Origin: Vitrella brassicaformis CCMP3155
Taxonomy: Eukaryota > Protista > Chromerida
Length of the DNA stretch: 64,000 bases
Reading direction: 5' to 3'
NCBI GenBank assembly: GCA_001179505.1
Contig: CDMY01000456.1
Span: forward strand, 248,001 to 312,000
Shown here piece after piece: positions 1 through 11,368 of the stretch. A model generated the notes under the pieces. That model worked only from the letters and a program-made list of their open reading frames with translations. It had not been told where the DNA came from and searched no databases. Made by a program: the position numbers and the translations under genes. Numbering within the stretch: position 1 is the first letter of the stretch; every line of letters begins with the position of its first letter.

Positions 1-252
1 TCCATCGGTTCGCTCACACAGGTTTCCTTCTCGAGACCGACCTCCTCTGCCCCTCAGTGCACTGCAATGGACGCCGGCGACCTCACTCAGAAGCTGCTCG
101 CTGCCCAGGAGCAGCTCATCACCGCCAAGGATGAGCTCATCAATACACTCAAGCGCGAGCGCGACGAGGCACAGGCCCAACTCGAGGCGCAGAAGCGCGC
201 CAAGACCGCCCTGCAGGTCGAGGTGGATAAGCTGCACCGCACCTCTCATTGA
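1..252 (+). CDS. 3' end of a hypothetical coiled-coil protein (5' part outside window)
   Basis: Frame open from base 1 to TGA at 250-252. MDAGDLTQKLLAAQEQLITAKDELINTLKRERDEAQAQLEAQKR has a heptad-like pattern. Confidence 0.6.
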   Translation, partial: SIGSLTQVSFSRPTSSAPQCTAMDAGDLTQKLLAAQEQLITAKDELINTLKRERDEAQAQLEAQKRAKTALQVEVDKLHRTSH

Positions 253-278
253 TTGATTGATTCCGTCGGCCATCTCAT

Positions 279-1707
279 CTACTCGAACACGACGGTGCCC
301 CATTTGTGGTGGTCGGCGTCCTCCCACTTGCGGACCACCGCATCAAAACACTGAACCAAGGAATCGATCGACACATGCAGGCACGTGCAGGGTGGGGTGC
401 CCTTGCTGTGTTATTTACCGTCCTGCATTCGGATCTCTTGATGCTCCGCAGTATGTCCGCCATGACCCTCCCACACCGCCGCAGCTCACCCTTCGACACA
501 CCACTCACGTCAGACAACGGGGCAGGCTGCACGGCAGATGACACACCAAGAGACATGTAATGGGGGCTGTCCGTCACTTGTATATAGCTATACGTTCCTA
601 CCGACCCAGCTGTCTTTGTCGTGTAGCCATATCTTGCGCGTCATATACACCGCAGCGGCCGCGATGATGTTGGACGGCAGGTGGAGCACACTCACATCGA
701 ACAAAACCAACTCCTGCACACGCACACACACACACACACATTTCTGCATGGGGGGTGTGCCTGTCGGTGTGTGTGTGCATTGAGTGATCCATCGGCTGAC
801 GCATAGGTATTTGGCGAATGCGTGGTATCGCGAGCCGAGTGGCATGTCGGGCAGCGACCCGCACAACTGATGCAGAAACACGGTGGGGGGCCTCCACACG
901 TCCGTCGATACGCCATCGGACCAAAGACTGACACACCACACTCACACACACACAGAGATACACACAAAGAGATGAGATGCATTTAATTGGTGTGGCTGGT
1001 GGAGTGGGTGTGTGGGCTGTTTGCTGACCTCATGAGCACGCCGTTTTGCATGCGGCATATGTCTTCGGCCTGGCAGTTGCTGATACTTACGATGTCGCTC
1101 ACCTCCAGCTGGTCAGGGTAGGTATCCTCAATTTGCGAGGCGACCAACAAACACGCCAAACCGGTCTGCACACACACAAGACACATAACACACACAAAGG
1201 GGCAACACAACCCACCGATGGATGTGTGCATCTCTGTCTGTCGCTTGTGTGAGTGTGGGCCCTATAAGGCAGCGTACGATCGTGTAGTACTCGGGCAGGA
1301 TGTCCATGCCGTCACACCACAGCTTACACAACATGTAGTCGAGCAGCCGCACAGAGAGGTACAACGTCTCATCCGCCAACTGACATCACAATCGCACAGA
1401 CAGGGGAAGCATTACACAGATCTTCTGTGTGAGTGAATTGTGTCCCGTCCATCCATCCATCCATCGGTCCGTTTGAAATCATCCATGGCGTCACTCACTT
1501 GCCCCATCGTGGCCGCATAGATGATTTCGTCCACAACCGAGGCCCGACGGAGGCCGAACCCCCCAGACCGCTGGGCAACATACTCAGCCGGGATGAGCGA
1601 CAACACCTGCAAGCGGGAGAGAAACATAGAACAAGAGAGCTGGCCCGGCCGGCCTCCATCTCAGGCACCTTATGGTCAGAACTCGGCAGATCCACGACCC
1701 TGCTCAT
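279..1707 (-). CDS. Cyclin (A/B-like fold, very short N-terminus), 8 exons
   Basis: Phase-consistent GT-AG chain: MSRVVDLPSSDHK|VLSLIP..RRASVVDEIIYAATMGQ|LADETLYLSVRLLDYML..|TGLACLLVASQIED..|..RPPTVFLHQL..AKYLC|ELVLFD..LPSNIIAAAAVY..|..LRRCGRVM..|CFDAVVRKWE..VFE*. These match cyclin box motifs. Confidence 0.85.
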
Positions 1708-1822
1708 GATGCAATTGCCGCCGTGGCGGTGTGCAAGAGAGGGGAAAACAAATGTTTGTTTCCCGGGACGATGTGTAAATCTGAGTTTTCGTTTACGCAC
1801 CCTCCAGCGGGGGCTGTTCCCG

Positions 1823-2404
1823 ATGTGCGACTGCGTGGCTGTTGGTCTGTTCACCCTGCACGTGGGCTGGTTCTTTCTCACCGGCCTGCAGTGGATGGGC
1901 CCGGGCTGGGGCATCTCGACGCATCACCTTACCGATGTTACCGACAAAGCCCACCAACGCATGGTACATAAGGGACGGAAGGAAGCCATGGACGGACAGG
2001 ATGGATGGATGGATGGATGGATGGATGGATGCACGGACAATGCAAGCGAAAGATATTATGCATTATGAAGTGTGGTGTCTTCCGCCATTAATTTGCTGCA
2101 GAGCGACTCGCCGGTGGTGCACATCCTCATCGGCTCCGTGCTGCTGTCCACCCTCATCACGGCTGGAGCCATCATCGCCACCATGACATTCTGGAGCATC
2201 CACAAGCAAGTCAAGGGCAAGATACCGCCACTGCCTCAGATAGAGAGCACCCGTGCCTACCTCAGAAGCCTCGTCGGCCGAAAGGTGAAGACGGTGAAGG
2301 ACGAGGGGGAGGGGGGAGTCAAGAAGGATGACCACAGCAACGGGGCCGGTGGGGGTGGAGGTGACTGTGGGGAGCCGGCAGCCGACTCGCCGCTCTCTGA
2401 GTGA
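1823..2404 (+). CDS. Small two-TM hypothetical membrane protein, 2 exons (start uncertain)
   Basis: MCDCVAVGLFTLHVGWFFLTGLQW..HQRM joined through a phase-0 intron 1964-2101 to SDSPVVHILIGSVLLSTLITAGAIIATMTFWSIHK.. Confidence 0.5.
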
Positions 2405-2808
2405 CCGACGAGGGGGCACATGATGAGCTCCCAGAGACATCTCTTTGTATCTACGGTGCGGACAGAGCAGCGTGTGGGTTGGCTTTGCATTGGTTGACGT
2501 GTGCACATGCATGGACGGACGGACCACCATCATCAGTGTCGCTCGCTGTTAGTGTGCAGTAAGTAATGAATGTTTCCTCTACTCGGACGATCAATCACTG
2601 GATCCCTCATTAAACGGCACAGAAGCCAAGCCCACTACAGGAAGACAGACACACACACGGACAGACGGCCACTCAGTCCGTCAGCTTCGACACCGTATCC
2701 TGCCATGCAGGACTGCATACATAAGCACGATGATATATCCATGAAGGCAAGGCAGGCTCCATTGATGGACAACACCCATTTATTCCCCACCCCCACCATC
2801 AGTGAGTG

Positions 2809-5800
2809 TCACTTCTTGCTGCCAGCAGGTAGAAAAAGAGGCGGCCGATAGCCAGAGTCGTCACCCTCACTACTCCCTTGATGCGCCTTGCTCGTCCCGT
2901 TGGCGGCATACCCACCACCACCACCCCCAGTGCCCATCCCTAGCCCCCCGTCACCATTGCCGGGCTGCTGTGGATTCGCAGGACCACTACTGTTGGAGAG
3001 GAAGGCCGAGGTGGTCGCCACGGTGCCGTTGTCGCTGCCCTCGGCCAGCGTCGAGGTCTCGACGGTGGCGTCGCCCCCCGCCCCATTGATGGTGTCGTCT
3101 TCCCGCCTCCTGGACGACACTTGCATTCTCCACATCTGAGCGTACTCTCCGCCTGCGGCCAGCAGCTCGTCATGGGTGCCGTGCTCCACCAGCTGACCCT
3201 CGTGCAGCACCATGATCTGACAGACAGACAGACAGACAGACAGGTGAGAGAGAGAGTATGGAGGAGGGCATGGCATTGGGACGGCATGGACAGACAGCTT
3301 TTCGTTCTGCCGATGACCGTGGGTGCCTACCTGGTCAGCGTGTCGGATTGTGCTGAGTCGATGTGCAATGGTGATGCAGGTGCGATTGCGACGAAGTCGC
3401 AACAGGGCCTCCTGCACACACACACAAATACCCATTCATTCACACACTCCTTCAGCACAAGCCGCATCATAGCCAGCTGGTGTGGCTTGGTCGATCTCCT
3501 CACCCACCTGTATCCCCGCCTCCGTCTTCGTATCCAGTGCCGAGGTGGCCTCGTCCAGCAGGACGATGGGGGGGTTCTTGAGAAGGCATCTGGCGATGGC
3601 TACTCGCTGCTTCTCTCCCCCCGACAGCTTGAGTCCTCTCTCGCCCACGGTGGTCTCCCACTTGTCAGGCAGGGACTCGATGAAGCCCCTCAGCTGCGCC
3701 ATCTCGGCCACCCGCTCGCACTCCTCCATTGTGGCGTCCAGCTTACCGTACTTGATGTTGTGCAGCAGGGTGTCGTTGAACATGACCGTGTCCTGAGGCA
3801 CCACACCTACCGCCTGACGCACTGACCTGCATCACATCACATGCGCACGCACACGGCAAACATGGTGAGGTGTGTGGATGTATGGGTTGAGTGCACTGCA
3901 CCGGCAGCTTGCCTTTGCTGCACGGATGAGATGTCGGCCCCGTTGAGGAGGATCTGCCCCTGCTGTGGGTCGTAGAAGCGGAAGAGCAGCCGGCTTATGG
4001 TGGTCTTCCCCGCACCCGTATGCCCCACAATGGCACAGGTCGACCCAGCAGGGACCACAAAAGACACGCCACGCAGACCCCTGAACAAACAAACCGAACA
4101 TTTGAAGAACAGCAGACAGACAAATGCTGCACTCACTGTTCATTGAATGCCTCTTCCCTTTCTCATCTCACCTTTGCGCAGGTTGGTTGGGGTACTTGAA
4201 GTGCACATCCCTGAACTCCACCACGATGCCGCCACACGTCTGGTCACCGGGGTTGCCGGCCGTGACGCCGTTGATCGACCCACTGTCCATCGGCAGGGCT
4301 ATCTCGCCCGTGACGTGGTGCGGCAGGGGCAGCGGGGGGGCCCCAGGCATGTCGACCAAATCAGGCTGCCAAGGCAGGCAGGAAGGATTCCATGGGGAAA
4401 CGCTTATATGGAGAGGGGGCGGCGAGGGAGCCGCCCGTTTCTGTCTCCCTGTGTGGCCACATACCTGTTCTGCGAGCAGCTGTGACAAGTTTCGGATGTC
4501 GATGAAGGCCTTGATAATCACGTTCCACACCTGACAACCATACACACACACACACACACATGGCATGTGATGAGGTGAGGCGGTATTGCGGCGGACGGAC
4601 GGACTGACCGAGCCAAGGAAGTTGAGGGGCACAAAGACGTTGATGATGTAGACGTTGACCGACACGAATGACCCGATCGACATATCTCCTCGCCGGATCT
4701 CCATCCCGCAGATGATCAGCCCCACTGGCCATCACACCAACACACACACAGAAACACAGAAGTCGTCAAATGTCTGACGGCGGCGGGCGGTGGGTTCTTA
4801 CGTATGAGGGTGCTCTGGACGATGACCTGCTGCAGGACATTGAGCAGGTTCAGCGACACCTGGGTCGCCACACCAAACCGCTGACAAACAAGACACAACA
4901 GAACACAACACAGTACACACACCCCCACACAAACGCCTCTCCGTGTGTCGTATTGCCCCCTGTGTGATGTGTCGATGTTCACTCACCTGGTAGTCCCTGA
5001 CGGCCTCGCAGAATCTATCGAGCTCGAAGGGCTCGTTCGTGAAGTACTTGACCGTCTCGAAGTTGATGAGGGAGTCGGTGGCTATGTCGTGGAAACGGTT
5101 GTCCTTCTTGTTGGCCTCCGTCCTAAATTTCCTCCGCCAAAGCGTCACCTTGACCGTCAAGATGCCGTAGATCAGCAACGCACCCGCCAAAAGGGCCGCC
5201 AGCTCCCACCTTTACACACAGGATGGTGGGGGGAAGTGTGTGGTGACGTGTGTGTCGGCGTGTGGATACTTTTGGAAATGCAGAAGGAAGACCACACAGA
5301 CGGCGAAGCACTCGGCGACCGAGGGGATGAGATACAGCACACCCCACGTCATCAAACTGTTGGCCGCGTCGCAGCCACGATCCCTGACACAACACACAAT
5401 ACACACACACACACACAGACAGGCCGTGAGGTGGGTGAATGATACAATGGCCCGTCCGTCCGTCGTCTGTGCTGCCCTTCCCTCCTTGCTTGTATACATG
5501 GAACGTATGACGTTGCCCATGCGTTTCTTGAGGTGCCACTGGAGGGAGAGGTTGTGTAGGTGCTGGAAGGTGTGCTGGGCGATCTCGATGTACGCCGCCT
5601 GCTGCACCTTGATGTAGAGGAGGCTCTGACACTCCTTGAGGGCCTTGCCGCTGAAGGTTAGGAAGCCGAACAGCACCACATACGTGATCAGCCCGCCCAC
5701 CCGGCCATCGGTCAGCGCGTTGACAGCGAAGCCGAGGAAGGCCGGCGCACAGACGTTGCATGTCTTGCTGCCGACGACGCACAGCCAGGTGGACAGACAC

Positions 5801-6602
5801 CGGATGCGGTTCCACATGGTGCTGCCCTTGCCGTCCACGCTACTCCTCGGCCAAAAGTAAGGCCGCAGCACCTTGAGCAGCGACCACACAGACAGCTCGC
5901 TGCTGTACTGCTCCTCCTCAGGCGTGCTCGGCGCCTGCCCATCCTCACTGTTGACCGTCAGCAGAGCGATCCGGTTGGCGCGTGCCTTCTGCTCGTTGCT
6001 CACGACGGCCTCCAGCCACCAAGTCAACAGCCAGTCGGCGAAAGCAAACACCAGGTTGACCAGCACGATCAGCCCCACATGGTGTGTGCCGCTGAACCAT
6101 GGATAAGCGAGCACCTTGACGAGTGCATAGAAGGCCAGGACGCCGAGGAATCGGGCCAGCCAGAGGAGGGGAGTGGTCTTCCACCTCTCCTCGTTGCCTT
6201 TGGTGCCAAGGTAGACCACCGCCACGCTCAGCGACCGGACTAGGGCAACGATGATAATGTCGAAGGCCGACGAGCGGAAGTGGTAGCGCGCGACGTCGTT
6301 ACGACTGGCCTCTAGGAAGGAGAAGCCATAGCAGCCAAGCCACAAAACGAACAGCAGGAGCCAGTCGGCGATAGCAAGGACCGTCCCCAGCCGGTAGAAC
6401 CGTGCTTTCTTCTTCCCCTGTGAGTCACATAGGCATGCACACAGACACCGACAGACAGTGCATGAGTGCGTGGCCGGCCGTCCTCTCCCCCCGACACATG
6501 CTATGCCCTCTTGTGTGTCTATGTGTTTGTTTGCCGCTGACTGACCAGTGTCGCCAGTAGCTCATCCTCCTGGATGGTGCTGAGGTCCGACATGTCAGTC
6601 AT
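2809..6602 (-). CDS. ABCB half-transporter, HMT1/ABCB6/ATM-like, with extra N-terminal TM region
   Basis: Walker A GHTGAGKT, signature [13 protein letters not shown], Walker [20 protein letters not shown], and TMD motifs [12 protein letters not shown] and VFVPLNFLG. All 10+ junctions are phase-consistent, one of them GC-AG. See the upstream extension at 6595-7031. Confidence 0.92.
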
Positions 6603-7031
6603 CCTCCTCGCTGGGCCACCCGCGGGTCTCTGTCTTTCCCTCAGCCTTCTCAGCGCCCCTGCCGTGAGCCTCAGATGAAGTGTGGTTTGGCGCTGCCTGG
6701 CAGTTGCTGGTGGTGGCAATGATGTCCGTGGCCTGCTGCCCCTCCGTCCCACACGGCCACCGGCTGCCGTCGGCAACAACACGATGGGCCACAGAGGAGA
6801 ATATGGAAGGTTGGATGTCCGAACTCCAACCTTCAGAGATGAATGAATCAGTCAATCAGCCAACGCGGTCAGCTAACGGTCAACATGGCTGGCAGGGGGG
6901 GGATGTGTCGTTTTTGGAGCTTGACAGGGGCTAAGCTCGCAGCAGAGACCTTCCAGCTCGCATTCCAGATCAATTCCAGATCGGCGCTGCTGATCGGTCG
7001 CTGCACTCTCAAGCCCTCTCGAACCCTGCAT
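6595..7031 (-). CDS. Two-exon upstream ORF overlapping the ABC start, or the true ABC N-terminus broken by a +1 shift
   Basis: ATG at 7031 (MQGSRGLESAATDQQ..), 47-nt GT-AG intron 6877-6831 in phase 1, continuing WSSDIQ..PSEEDD to TGA at 6597-6595. Confidence 0.45.
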
Positions 7032-7269
7032 CGCATTGGTTTCTTGTGAACGCCGCGCTTTTCGCTGGCCGCGGATCAGGTAAAGTACGAGGGAGGCAGG
7101 GAAGCAGGTGCAGGACAGCAAGATTGATTGCGCTGTGCTTGCCTGTGTGCTGTGCTTGTCGTGCAGTGAGCTGCCTGGGAGGTAGCTCAGGCAGGTCACC
7201 CTCGCTCCATCCACGTACAATGGTGACGACATCGACATCGACAGGCCCGCGTTGCCCCGCTGCGATGAG

Positions 7270-10200
7270 ATGAACGTGCACTACGCGATGAGCTCCCTCT
7301 CATCCTACATCAACGACTTCTCGTCCTTCATCCCCGGCTCCGTCAAGACCGCCGCCGGACTCCACAAACAGATCTCACTCGACGTCTGCCACATCACATG
7401 GATGCACTTCCAGTGGGCCGACTGGGCCGGCAACAAGCAGCCACCACGGCTCTACCTGGCACTCGGATACCAGGACGGTTTCCAGATTTGGGACGTCACC
7501 GACGCCGACGACATGCGCGAGATAGTCAGCCGCAAGGACCAGCCCATCGCATTCCTGAAGCTGCTACCGCTGCCGGATGAGTCGCCGAGGTCCACCGGGG
7601 TGGACCACCAGGAGGCGCCACCGGGAGAGCGAGAAGGGGAGACAGACAACAGGGCGAGAGGAGGGGCCACCAGAGTGCCGCCGCTGCACCCGCAGAATGC
7701 CCCCATGGTGGCGTATGTGCATGGCGGGGCGACTTTGGTGCGGCTGCTGTCGATGAGCCGGCAGGAGGTGGTGTCGCTGCTGAGGCTGCCACACCTCATC
7801 AGCGGGCTCGAGGCCACATCCAAAGTGCTCGCTGTAGCCATGAGAGGCCAGGTACGGCACGGCACGGCACGCACTCAGAGCGACAGACAGACAGCACCAT
7901 GAAGGAAGGCACTGACTGACGGCTGACAGAGGTGAGTCTGTGTGTGTGTGTGTGTGCGTTGCCTATCTATCAGATTGCCCTTTTCAATGCGTGCACGTTC
8001 CAGAGCGAGGTGACGCTCTCCACCGCCCCGTCCCCGTCCCCTGCATTCGCCATCGGCCCCCGCTGGCTGGCATACAACGCCCACCCCCCGCCCCCCTCCC
8101 TCCCCCCCGCCACACACACCCACACCCACATCCACCCACTACCACCTCGCTCCCGGTCCAACCACCACCTGCCCGACCGTCACTTTGTGGTTGGCTCGGC
8201 GCCCGGAGCCCTCAGCGATAGGCTGTCTGCCGGGCTGCAGTACTTGGGTCAGGTTGGCCAGCGGACGCTGGATTCGCTGCTGATGCCGAGCCAGGGGCAC
8301 CATCACGGGAGCGCGGCTGGTGTGGGGGGCGTGAGTGTGGGTGCCGGGAAGAGAGTGGGTGTCGGTGGGTCGCGGGAGGGGGAGGGGAGGACGGGGCATG
8401 TGGTGGTCAGGGACATAGACACCATGGAGGTCCGTACGTAGCCACATGGCATGGACCAGCAAGACAAAACATGTCCTGCCTGCCTGCATGGATGGATGGC
8501 TCTCTCTCTCTCTCTGTGTGTGTGCTGTGTTGCAGATTGTAGCAGCATTTGACACGCATCAGAGCGAGCCGTTGAGTCTGCTGACGTTCGATCCCACGGG
8601 TCTGCTGCTCTTCAGCTGCACGCCCACGGGGCACACCATACAGGCACACCGAGCAGTCCTCGCACACGACGACAGACACGGTGAGTGAGTCGGTGCAGAT
8701 GAGGCACACAGACACCTACGCCTACCTACGTTGGTTGGTATGTCTGTTGTGTGGGGTGGATGGATGGATGGAGTGATGGGTGCAGGTGAGGCACGACTGG
8801 TAGACAAGGATCGGGCAGGTCGCCCTTCGTTGACGTTCGAGCCCCTCTTCACCCTCAACCGAGGCATCACGCCCGCACTCATAACGGCCATCACATTCAG
8901 CAGGGACTCACGACTCATCGTGGTCAGTCAGTCAACACAGCACAGCACAGCCCCCATCCATCCATCCATCCGTCCATCCATCCAGCGTCCATGCGCAATG
9001 CACGTCTCTCTTTCTCTCCCCCTCTCTCTTCTCTCGTCAGGTGTCGTCGGCGAAAGGCACGTCTCACTTTTTCGTCCTCCCGCCGTCCCTGTCCCCTCCG
9101 CTGCCCCTGCCCTCGCACACGCGGCACACACGATCGCACCACACGGACCGCCCCACTCACTTCTCGCCACCACCGTCGCTGCCCTACCGTGATCGGCAGA
9201 GGAGCAGTGGCGTTGGGGTTGGCAGTGACGGCATGGTGGTTATCAACGCCGCGGCCAGAATCAAACTCGGATCGACCCTCCTGCAGGTAGGCAGTCAAGA
9301 TCGTCAGTCAGCATATGGTCTGTCGATGCACAAGCGTGTATGTGTGTGTGTGTGTGTGTGTGGATGGTGGGTGTAGGAGGGTCTGCACCCCAAGTGTGCC
9401 ATCCTGTCGCTGCCCTCGCCGTCCTCCCTCTCCCTCTACGTAGCCACCCGCGCCGGCCTGCTGCACCACTACGGCGTCACCATCACACCAGCAGTCACCC
9501 CCCAGTCGGACAGACAGCACCACACCGATGCGGTGCCCATCGCCCTGCATCCGTCGAGCACCGACAATGACAGCCCCGAGGTGAGCGTGGCGCTGCTCAA
9601 GTGCGTCCCCATGTGGCGGCCGCACAAGCACTTCAACGAGAAGGTGGTGCCGCTGGGGGTGCCCGAGACGGGCGGCACGGACGGGGAGGACGGGGCAAGG
9701 GACAAGAGCGAGCGGAGCGACGGAAGGTGAGATGACGACAGCCACACACACACGCACACACACACGCCCAGCGAATGAATGTCTGTTCATATTATTATGC
9801 CAATACGTCTGTGACACAGATGGCTGAGCTACGTCGAGACGTCCACCTGTCTTCGCCCAGACCGGCCTCTGTGGATGTCGCCCCAGCTCAAGCTCTTCCG
9901 CTACCACCACCCCCCACCCCCTCCATCGCAGGCCTCCACACCACTGACGACGCCCCGATCCGACACCGACAACAAGGACGACAGCAGCACCAGCCGGCAG
10001 CCGAGACCGCCATCTATCTTCACGTCCACCTCCATCAACAGGATGGTGCGCGAGGGGGAGGTGCCGCAAAGAGTGGCCGTCGTGCTCAAACGGGGCAGGG
10101 GCGAGGAGCCTCTGGTGCATTACGAGGGGGGCAGGGGCGACGAGAACATGCAGTCCCTGCTGGCCGGGGCGTTGCGGACGCCTCTCGCGACCCCTCCCTC

Positions 10201-10621
10201 ACCCAGACGGCACTGCGTCCACCACCGTGGCCAGCAGGACGGCGCGGCCGCCATGGATGAGCTGCACATGTCCGAGACCGACGAAGACACCGAGGGCATG
10301 GGCGTTGACCGTGACGGCTTTCAGATGCTGCCGAGCTCGTCCATCCCGGTGCCATCGCCCAACACATCCATCATGACGGGCAACCCCAACTTCGTGTCGC
10401 CTCCGTGTGGCCACCACAACGGCAGCCCCAGCCCCCATCGCGGCCTCATCATGGGCGCAGCGGCTGAGTTGGGCAAGCGCGTGATGGAGGAGAGGGACCG
10501 GGAGAGAAGGCGGGCGAGCGAGGCACTGGCGGGAGACGAGGGGCTGCCTGTGAGTGAGGCCGCTCTGCCCGCGAGCCGGCCGGTGCCGGTGGTGATCAAG
10601 GAGAAGTGTCATAGGGATTAG
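7270..10621 (+). CDS. BCAS3: BCAS3/Rudhira-like (plant ATG18f-h-like) WD40 PROPPIN-type autophagy protein
   Basis: LALGYQDGFQIWDV, FAIGPRWLAY, VVVRD..FDTH..LSLLTFDPTG, LFTLNRGIT..ITFSRDSR, VSSAKGTSHFF and C-terminal WLSYVETSTC..RPLWMSPQL. Junctions are phase-consistent. Likely 5' UTR intron 7080-7166. Confidence 0.85.
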
Positions 10622-11368
10622 ACAGATCAGTTAGAGCATTGTGTGTGTATGTGTGTGTGTAGTAGGGGCGGGAGGCGAGGTGGGAGCGGGTGGCGGGCGA
10701 GAGAGCGATTGTAGTTCTGTCTTTCTGTATGTGTACCACACGTGTACCATATATATACATACCATAGCTACCTGACCAGTGAGTGTACCATAGCATAGAT
10801 AGATAGATGGAGCAGTGTCGTCTGTCTGTCTGTCTGTCTGCGGCCGATTGAGCTCAGGGAGGGATGTGAATAAACAAAGACAGACACGTGTCGGTCGATC
10901 CTGCTACGTACGGCAGCCAGGGAGACAGGCAGGCAGGCAGGCGGATGTGAGGGTCGAGTCGAGTCGAGTCGATTGGTCGAGTTTTGCTGTCATCTCCGCA
11001 TACGAAATGAATGAAACATTGGCCTAGTACTTTCGTCGTCCACATGATGGCTATGGCTGGCTGCCTTCTGCACGATTAGCCTTCGAACTGGTCATGCTGA
11101 CCTCTCTCGGCTGCAATGCTGAGAAGGGTCGCCATGGCGTGGGCGAGGGTGCATCGAGTAGAAGGAAGGCAGTTGGTGAAGAAGGAAGAAGCCGCAGGCC
11201 GACGATTGATTTTTGATTTTCGTCGACTACAATGCATGGACCGACCATGCTTCGTTTCATTTTATCTACATTACATGCACTCGTTGGAATTCACGGAGGA
11301 GACACTCACTTCTCGTTCATCACTATACAGTAGTCATCACATCGGTCTCTCGTGCCCGTGTTGGTCAG

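Noticed and set aside
1705-1711. Overlapping divergent ATGs (cyclin at 1707 and a + strand ATG at 1706)
   Set aside because: No supported splice path from 1706 to the membrane-protein exons; ATG 1823 is simpler.
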